Of a stretch of DNA of 64,000 bases, positions 45,440-64,000 are shown one piece after another. The DNA comes from Nitrospirales bacterium (GTDB taxonomy: Bacteria > Nitrospirota > Nitrospiria > Nitrospirales > UBA8639). The notes beneath the pieces are model-generated. The model had not been told where the DNA came from. It did no database searches and saw nothing but the letters and a program-made list of their open reading frames with translations. The number at the start of each line of letters is the position of its first letter. Within the stretch, counting starts at the first letter, position 1. The DNA is taken from NCBI GenBank assembly GCA_965203295.1, contig CBDBCZ010000013.1, positions 736,001-800,000 on the forward strand. The letters run 5' to 3'. A program made the position numbers and the translations under genes.

Positions 45440-48400
45440 TCACTGACAGTACTTTGTTCTCAGTTCCCCAGCAAGTACCACTTCTCCCAGAAACTCCACC
45501 GCTTCAACGATGGCTCTCCATGTTGGAGCAGGGTCCACTCTCTGCAGCCAGGTGGTGAGCATCTCCACAAGGCAGTCCTGAGAACTCTGTTGTCTGTCAC
45601 GGGCAATGGTGTCCAGAGTGGATGGTGAAAGCTCTAGGTAGACACCAAGGGTCTTCCATTTGTGAGCCACCTTGTGATACAGGGCTGACATCAGTTCCTT
45701 TGGTTTAGGTTTGCACTGTGTAGCTGTAGCTATAACAGACATAAAAATGTTGTTAAAATTGGCCTCCTTCCCAGGCCCACGTCATTTTTGGTTGCACGAA
45801 ATCCATCACAGGGCCTGGGTTCTAAAGTCACATGCGCAGTCCAAAAGATAAGAAGGCAGTAGAGAGGTAAATATGAGCACAGGTGATACTGTTGTTATTT
45901 TCGGATAACAAGTGATGGTAGCAAGTCAACGCTTCTTGTACCTGATATTATGGGCCTGTGTACGCCGCTAGTTAAATATCTTGTGAATTGGCTATATTAT
46001 AGCTACAACTGTCAAAATAACCTATCAAGCATACCTTTGCCTCGACCGTTGGCATCTGACAGACTTGCTGCAGGATAAGTGTGAGTCTCATCATTAGCTG
46101 CAGGAAAAACAAAGTCTTAGAGTGTTTTAGTGGGAGCAATAACACATTAGTTAACTAACTACAACTAAAACTTGAAGGGTAGAAAAAAACTATGCTTTTC
46201 ATTAAATTAACCCTTTTAGGTATGGTTAGCTAATACTAAAAGTGTTTTAGTAACACCGTTTTCATTTTAACACAAAATCTTGTTCTTCATAATCTAATTA
46301 TACATCACTAAAAAGCAATAACTGCACAGGTGCAGTGATACTATCTGAAAAATATTTTTCAATATGTACGCGGTAGTTTTCATCATCATTTATTTCACAA
46401 CAGAAATTATACCCAGTCCTCCCACCCTGATTTATCCTTACAGATGTGAAGGAATATGCCCAGATTTTTTCTCACAGGCATGGATGTTTCTCCATTGTTG
46501 CGAGATAAAGTCTGGGCTGGAGGCTTGGGTACGAGGTTAAATGCAAAATATATGGAAATGAAGCTGCTTTCAAATTACCTATTAGTATGGCTGGTAACCT
46601 CCTGGTAGAATGGCTGGACTATGTACATTCTATTGTGCCTATAGCCAATTGCATGATGTAAGTCTATGTATGACACATGGTTCTGTGCCTCTCCCTTACA
46701 CACATTTGGCATGCAGTCCCATGTAGATCAATTTCTATTCTGACGTGTTATCATGATTGCATCACTGCATTCAAAGTGCAGTATCCCTGAAGTTCTGATA
46801 AGGGCAGCGCTCAATTATGCTGTTCGAATGTAGCAACTATATAAATATGCACCCCATACGGACCCCACCCTTGATGGAAGTTCACAGATACAGCGTTTCG
46901 AATGCAGTGATGTGATAAAGGAAAATGTTTTTGTAATTAACTGCCACATGTAATAACTTATCGGTAGCTATTTACCTGGAACTGGTGAACTTGGAAGTGT
47001 GTCTGATACAATGACTATGAAGTCAAAGGGTTCCTTTGCTCCTTGCAGCTGCACCCGGTGATATAGCTCTCCACTCTGCTGCTCCTCGCTCTGCTTGATT
47101 TGAAACTGGCAGGATGGGATGCGGCAGCCACACTCGTAGTTGTCTACCTTTTTTTTAGTGATCTGAATAAAACACATTTAAATGAATGAATGAGCAAGTT
47201 TTAGCCACAACTGTACAGTTAGAAACTCTATACCGTCAGTGGAGTGCGAGGGATGATACTCCACCCATCTTGTATCACCAGCCCACCCTCGATTTCTAGT
47301 GTAATCTTGTCCCCTGCAAACTCGATCTCCTGGTCTGGGCCTTCTACACAATGTTTCCCTGAAAAAGTTCTATTGACAGTCTACATTGAAGAAAGTATAC
47401 AGTGTATTATGCGGTGTTCAAAGATGTTCCAAACACATAAATCAAAAAACACACACACACAGACAGCATTTATATATAAAATTGGACAGGATGAATTCTA
47501 TGCTCACCGTTATATGTGCCTCCAAGTCCTTGGTAACCACAAAATGAGCTGTCCAATTGATTCTACTGCCAATGTAGTACTGCTTTGCACAGTAGAGCTG
47601 CTCACAGCCCTCAACCTCTTGTGTGACTCCCAGACCAGAGAAATGCAGAAGAGCAATGCTCGCATAGGAAGAGAAGGAAGAAAATGCCCCACCTTCCAAA
47701 GGCTTGAACTGATATGGAAGATCTCTCTGCGAACACTTTGCTACAGCGAACTTCAGGGGATATCTTGTGATCGATTTTGCACAGTGCTGTACTTCTAGTG
47801 TAACTGGTTGCTGGAACATCACTGGAGTCTGTATCCAATACACGGCACTCACAAGTGTGGTGTTGCCAGGGAAGTGGTACTGACCAGTTAGGCTAGCCTT
47901 GATGTTAACGCTGCTCTGTTTTATTCCAGGTGGCAGGGAGGCTGTGGGGACGTGGAGCTTCAGCCCATAGCCCTTCCAGAGGAACGTTTGCGCCTCATTG
48001 GTCACTGAGCAGCTGGTTTCTCCAATGACATCTACTCCCCTAAGGTAAGCTAAAAAAGAAAGAAGGACATTTCAAACTTTAACTAACTCCTTACAATTTA
48101 CATGGCTGAAAAACATGTAGCTATAAGGATTGATGAACATGGACTCCCTCATCTTGCATAGTGAACTTTGTAGTCCAGCTACAGCTACATGTACCCCCTC
48201 AGAACTAATATTTTCTACTACAGGATTAACTGTTACTACACTGTGCAGTTGCCTAAAGCCAAAGCTTCGAAGTTTATACAAATGAAGGTGTGAAGGGGAA
48301 AAAATTACCTTTGTCACAGCCTTAATATGCATACCTGTAGGTGTTACTTGAACATGGGCTTTTACTTCTTTACTGCTCTGACTCTTCAGCTTCTCCTCCA

Positions 48401-48634
48401 TAAGCTGTGGTGGTTCCTCTCTCTGCAATGCAGAGCCTTCAAGCATCTTCATTTTCTTCTTAGGTATATAAGCCAAAGCTGTGAATGTTAATTATGAAGT
48501 AAAGGATGTGTTTTTATAATTAAGGTAAAGGTGGGAAAAGTCTAGCACGTATCTCTATGCATTACCTTCTTCGTCTCCAGAACTCAACTGAACACCAACA
48601 CTGTTTAAAGTGGTTGTGGCTGCAGTGGTGTTAG
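45440..48634 (-). CDS. Intact linker - ZU5(HFS) - UPA-like - death domain cassette; predicted 3' part of the glycerol kinase transcript
   Basis: Exons 48634-48566, 48478-48335, 48049-47508 (ZU5), 47380-47234, 47162-46976, 46097-46035 and 45729 (or 45723)-45440 (death domain, ends ELRTKYCQ*). All GT-AG and phase-consistent, with no stops. Confidence 0.82.
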
Positions 48635-48672
48635 CTGTGAAAAATACAACATGTGTGCCCATGTACTCAATT

Positions 48673-60496
<11,824 letters not shown>

Positions 60497-61313
60497 TTAA
60501 TAAATCGGCGATATGATAATATTATATGTTACGAACCGATTCGTGACCGTTGACCAATTTAAGCCAAAGGACGAAAATAGGCCGCACCCTCAGAGTGACG
60601 CTTTACTGACAATCGCATTCCATCAGGGCCTCAGGGGCGCGTGCGCACGCGCGGCCGGTTTTGAATCGGGTCGGCCCGTTATATATTTGAGGACGAGTCA
60701 GCTAGCCGTATCATGTTAGCTACTGAACCCCAGTTCTTCTTATTTCTGGTGAACTAGCTGTCAGCATTGATGTAAACCTCAATAGATCATGCTGGGCAGT
60801 GTGTACGAAGTCTCGTGGGTCAGCCCTCCAAGCGGAAGTGGGCTGGTCCGCGAGACTAATATGCAAATAAACGGTAACATACCAGATTGTGAATAGAGTA
60901 GGCTAAACAAAAAAATTGCAAGCAAACACTCACCTACTTTTCTCTTCTCTCGCCTTTCCTCTCTCTGCCTTACATAATATTCTTATAGCCAACTTCTGTT
61001 TTTTTTTGTACTATCTCATAGACCATTTTTGGCCCGCTACCCTAGTCTCGCGGACAGAAATCGTCTGGCCCGCGCGAGCCCGCGAGACAACTGCTACCCA
61101 TGTGGCGTGACGTAAAAATGTTTGCCTATCTAGCTGTCTTTAGTATCTATAGTAGTAGTACCATCCACCGAATTTGGTATAAGCTTAGCTACTCTTTTAT
61201 CTGGTCCCGAAACCCGATACCGACCCTTTTTATCGCAATGTACATGCATGTATAGCCTGACTCTCGCGAAGCCACACCCTCACATTTCGCGAGAACTACG
61301 TAACGCTTATGGT
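60497..61313. promoter_or_regulatory. Probable bidirectional promoter between GK-like (minus) and USP7-like (plus) genes
   Basis: Divergent ATGs ~0.8 kb apart with locally CpG-rich sequence (ggcgcgtgcgcacgcgcggccgg; gtggcgtgacgt). Confidence 0.5.
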
Positions 61314-63006
61314 ATGGCTAGTCAGACCCAGGGTGAGCTTACTGCAAGCCAAAGGCAACAGTGGCAGGTAACGGGAAGCCACTTGGGGGGAGGGGACGGT
61401 GAGAGCAGTAGCGAGGGAACGCTGAAGCTGACAGTTCCTAATCTGAGCCAGTTGGAGGGCGCCATACTGAGCAGACCACTGAAGATCCAGAACCTTCCAT
61501 GGTAAAACTTTGTTCTAAGTTGCGGATGACAAGTTTCGGATCATGTAGGATAACTGACTCCCGGAAGTGGGCGAGGTCTACATTCCCATACCCTGGCCCT
61601 AACGCTTACCCTAGCCTAGTCTCGTGCCCAGCCCCACATTAGGAAGGTGGGTCTGGCTCCCCGCATATTCAAAGTTGGGGCAGCATTACGTCAGCGGTCC
61701 CAGATCTGGAGCGGCGATGTGATTAGTTAACTATAGTATTACATCACTAAACGGTTGTAGTATCCGGATATTCACACCGTTTAGTGATGTAATACTATAA
61801 TCAACTAATCACATCGCCGCTCCAGATCTGGGACCGCTGACGTAATGCTGCCCCAACTTTGAATATGCGGGGAGCCAGACCCACCTTCCTAACGTGGGGT
61901 TGAGCACGAGACTAACCCTAGCCCTAACCCTACCCTTATACCACACCCACTTACGGGAGTTGGTTATCCTACATGATCCAGTTTTTCTAGTCCAAGGTGA
62001 TCCTCTTCTCTAGATCTGCTTTTGAAAGCTGATCTGTAGTCTGGTTCACCGTCCTGGATGTCAGTTTAGTTTTTACCCCTCCTCTTCCATCAAGTTTCTT
62101 TCTTCATCAACTTACATCTTCCATTATAATCTTGTGAACCACCCCATTTATGCCCTGCAGTACTGATTGCTTTCACCAGGCTGAAAGCAAATGGTACGGT
62201 GCTGTGACAATCAAGTGAGCTGGTTCACGAGACTACGTATTATAGACTCTTGAGTGTACCAGTATTTTGTTATGTGGTTACAGGCCGGCATCCCATTCGC
62301 CTCTACCCACGTACTGGGTATAAGGCTTATTTGCCCCCTTTCAGAGCAGTAGTACCTTGTGCAGTGTAACTGCAATGCTGCAGCCATGCAGGCATTTATG
62401 TGTTTGTCCGTAGTTCATGTAATTTCATGAGCTTCTCGAGCTTGTCTGAGCCCTGCATGGAGCAGTGAGCACACTCCGTTGAACAATAACGTACCTACCC
62501 CCACCACTCTAGTACACAAGATGGACAGGCATGCCATCTGTATGGCATGTTATTATCATGAATGTGTAATTGGGTTAATGCTTAGCTGAAAAGAACCACA
62601 AATGCGCATTCCTTTACTCAGTACATACCTCACAAGTTCCTGCACGCACATCATTCTTGTCACTGCAAAAATGTGAAACCTGGGAACTAGCCTTTTTGTG
62701 CATTTCATGTGCTGTATGTATGGGCCTATCTGTATGCCTGGGCCAACGTTATGAGCCATACGCATAATTCCAACGATTGACGTAAATAGCTACAATTGAG
62801 TCGTCCTTCCTCTGTGGCATGCAGGCACCTGGTGGTAGCTCCCCGCGAGTCCATCAGCAGTTCCCAGGATGGGAGAGTCAAGACCCTCGGGGTGTTTGTT
62901 CATTGCGTTCCCGACCAGTCGGTGGTAGGGCAGGGGTGGAGCGTGACAGCACGGGCCAGGATATCTCTCCTCAACCATACGGACCTGGGCAGAAGCAGCC
63001 GTAAAG
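61314..63006 (+). CDS. USP7-like MATH-domain protein, first two coding exons (continues off the right edge)
   Basis: Exons 61314-61501 and 62825-63006 give SEGTLKLTVPNLSQLEGAILSRPLKIQNLPWHLVVAPR..KTLGVFVHC..WSVTARARISLLN. This matches the pattern of the USP7 N-terminal TRAF/MATH domain (..NLPWKIMVMPR..SVGFFLQC..WSCHAQAVLKIIN). No catalytic domain is visible in the window. Confidence 0.7.
61617..61914. mobile_element. 298-bp near-perfect palindrome, TAG...CTA termini, 9-bp TSD (AcademH-like)
   Basis: Arms of ~140 bp fold back around ~61765. TSD accctagcc at 61608-61616 and 61915-61923. Confidence 0.85.
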
Positions 63007-63974
63007 GTGAGTTGATAGATAGACTTCATTCTTCCAGTATACTGAGAAACGATGTTAGGTATATACATAGCTACCGCAAAATATTAGTTCATCTGTTTTG
63101 AGAATCAATAAAATTGTTATTGTGGAAGATGTACGAAGCCAGAAAAACTGCCCACAAATCTGATACAGTGCAGGGTAAACTATACTATAGCTGTATACAA
63201 TAAATCTACACAGTGCCATGGAGAGAGACATGGAGGATATGCCATAGTAATTAGACAGGTCGAAATAATGTAGACGAGCTACTTGACAGTGGGTAAAAGC
63301 TACATGTACATGTAGTGCATGTAACAGTTGTGTGTTCAAAGGGTATGATCCCTTTAATTTCAAATTCCTCTTTCGTACAACCACACACAGTACTGAATTT
63401 GCACTCGCAGCCATTGACAAATACGACTTTGAAATTAAGCTATGCATGTGATCATGTTGTAATAGTTCTACTATATATTTCACTGCAGAGTTTACACATA
63501 CCTACTCAGCTCAACAGAATGACTGGGGATACAGCTCCTTCATCAAGTGGAAGGTAAATCTGCATTCAATTAGCTGTTCATTTCTATATGTATGAGGGAT
63601 GCTGCACCAGTGTTCAGGTATAGAGTGAATCAGCTGTGTTACTGTTGCTGTATCGAAACAGGTCCTAGGATCAGGATCCATAGCACATGCAGCTAGGAGA
63701 AAACATGCTCAGCAGCAACTCTATAGAGATATATCCATCTTGACGTACACTTATTGCTTCGCTCAGAAAGGAACAGGTATCCAAAACAGACACATACGGT
63801 AGAGCTACAAGTAGGGAATTTTTACACAGGACAGCTATAGCACAGTGTTAGCAAAGACAGGTAGTGTCCCTTATAATTATTACTATAGGGAGCAAATAGT
63901 GTCTCCTATGTTACTATATGGAAGGAATTAATAGTGTCTCCTGTATTATACCCACCTCCACTTCCATCATACTC

Positions 63975-64000
63975 ACACACACACACACACACACACACAC
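63975..64000. repeat. (CA)n microsatellite, truncated by the window end
   Basis: Direct reading. Confidence 0.85.

Noticed and set aside
61314..63006. Counting the USP7-like MATH gene as part of the TRAF immune cluster
   Set aside because: Its MATH is of the USP7 type and only two exons are visible, so adjacency may be coincidental. No gene symbol is given because the catalytic domain is outside the window.

Overview
Eukaryotic, intron-rich animal genomic DNA. Short GT-AG introns, intronless TRAF paralogues and ZU5/death-domain expansions suggest a demosponge-like invertebrate, but this is inference only. Two ordinary genes bracket the window: SPAG1 (minus, runs off the left edge) and a USP7-like MATH-domain gene (plus, runs off the right edge). 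Between them is an immune-type cluster that I rebuilt exon by exon with phase-consistent splice sites. It holds (1) a frameshifted Kelch-ZU5(HFS)-UPA-like-death domain gene, (2) a TRAF/death-domain chimeric relic, and (3) two intronless TRAF genes with a degenerate RING. It also holds (4) an 18-exon, ~1243-aa gene joining an unknown N-domain, a death domain, a coiled coil, Pro/Tyr motifs and a Csk-type SH3-SH2-kinase that has lost its VAxK, HRD and DFG motifs. Finally, (5) a glycerol kinase gene with altered ATP-site motifs can splice in frame into an intact copy of the same ZU5(HFS)-UPA-like-death domain cassette (~1000 aa). The main hypothesis is a 'bait + self-cleaving ZU5/UPA + death domain' sensor family (NLRP1/CARD8/PIDD-like logic) with exon-shuffled baits, clustered with TRAFs. 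The window also contains a 7.85-kb CACTC-terminated EnSpm/CMC-type element inserted into a Helentron/DINE-like element. Smaller repeats include TAG...CTA palindromic elements with 9-bp TSDs, a hAT MITE whose empty site is also in the window, a HIRAN-carrying TA-flanked element, and several micro- and minisatellites. No database searches were run.
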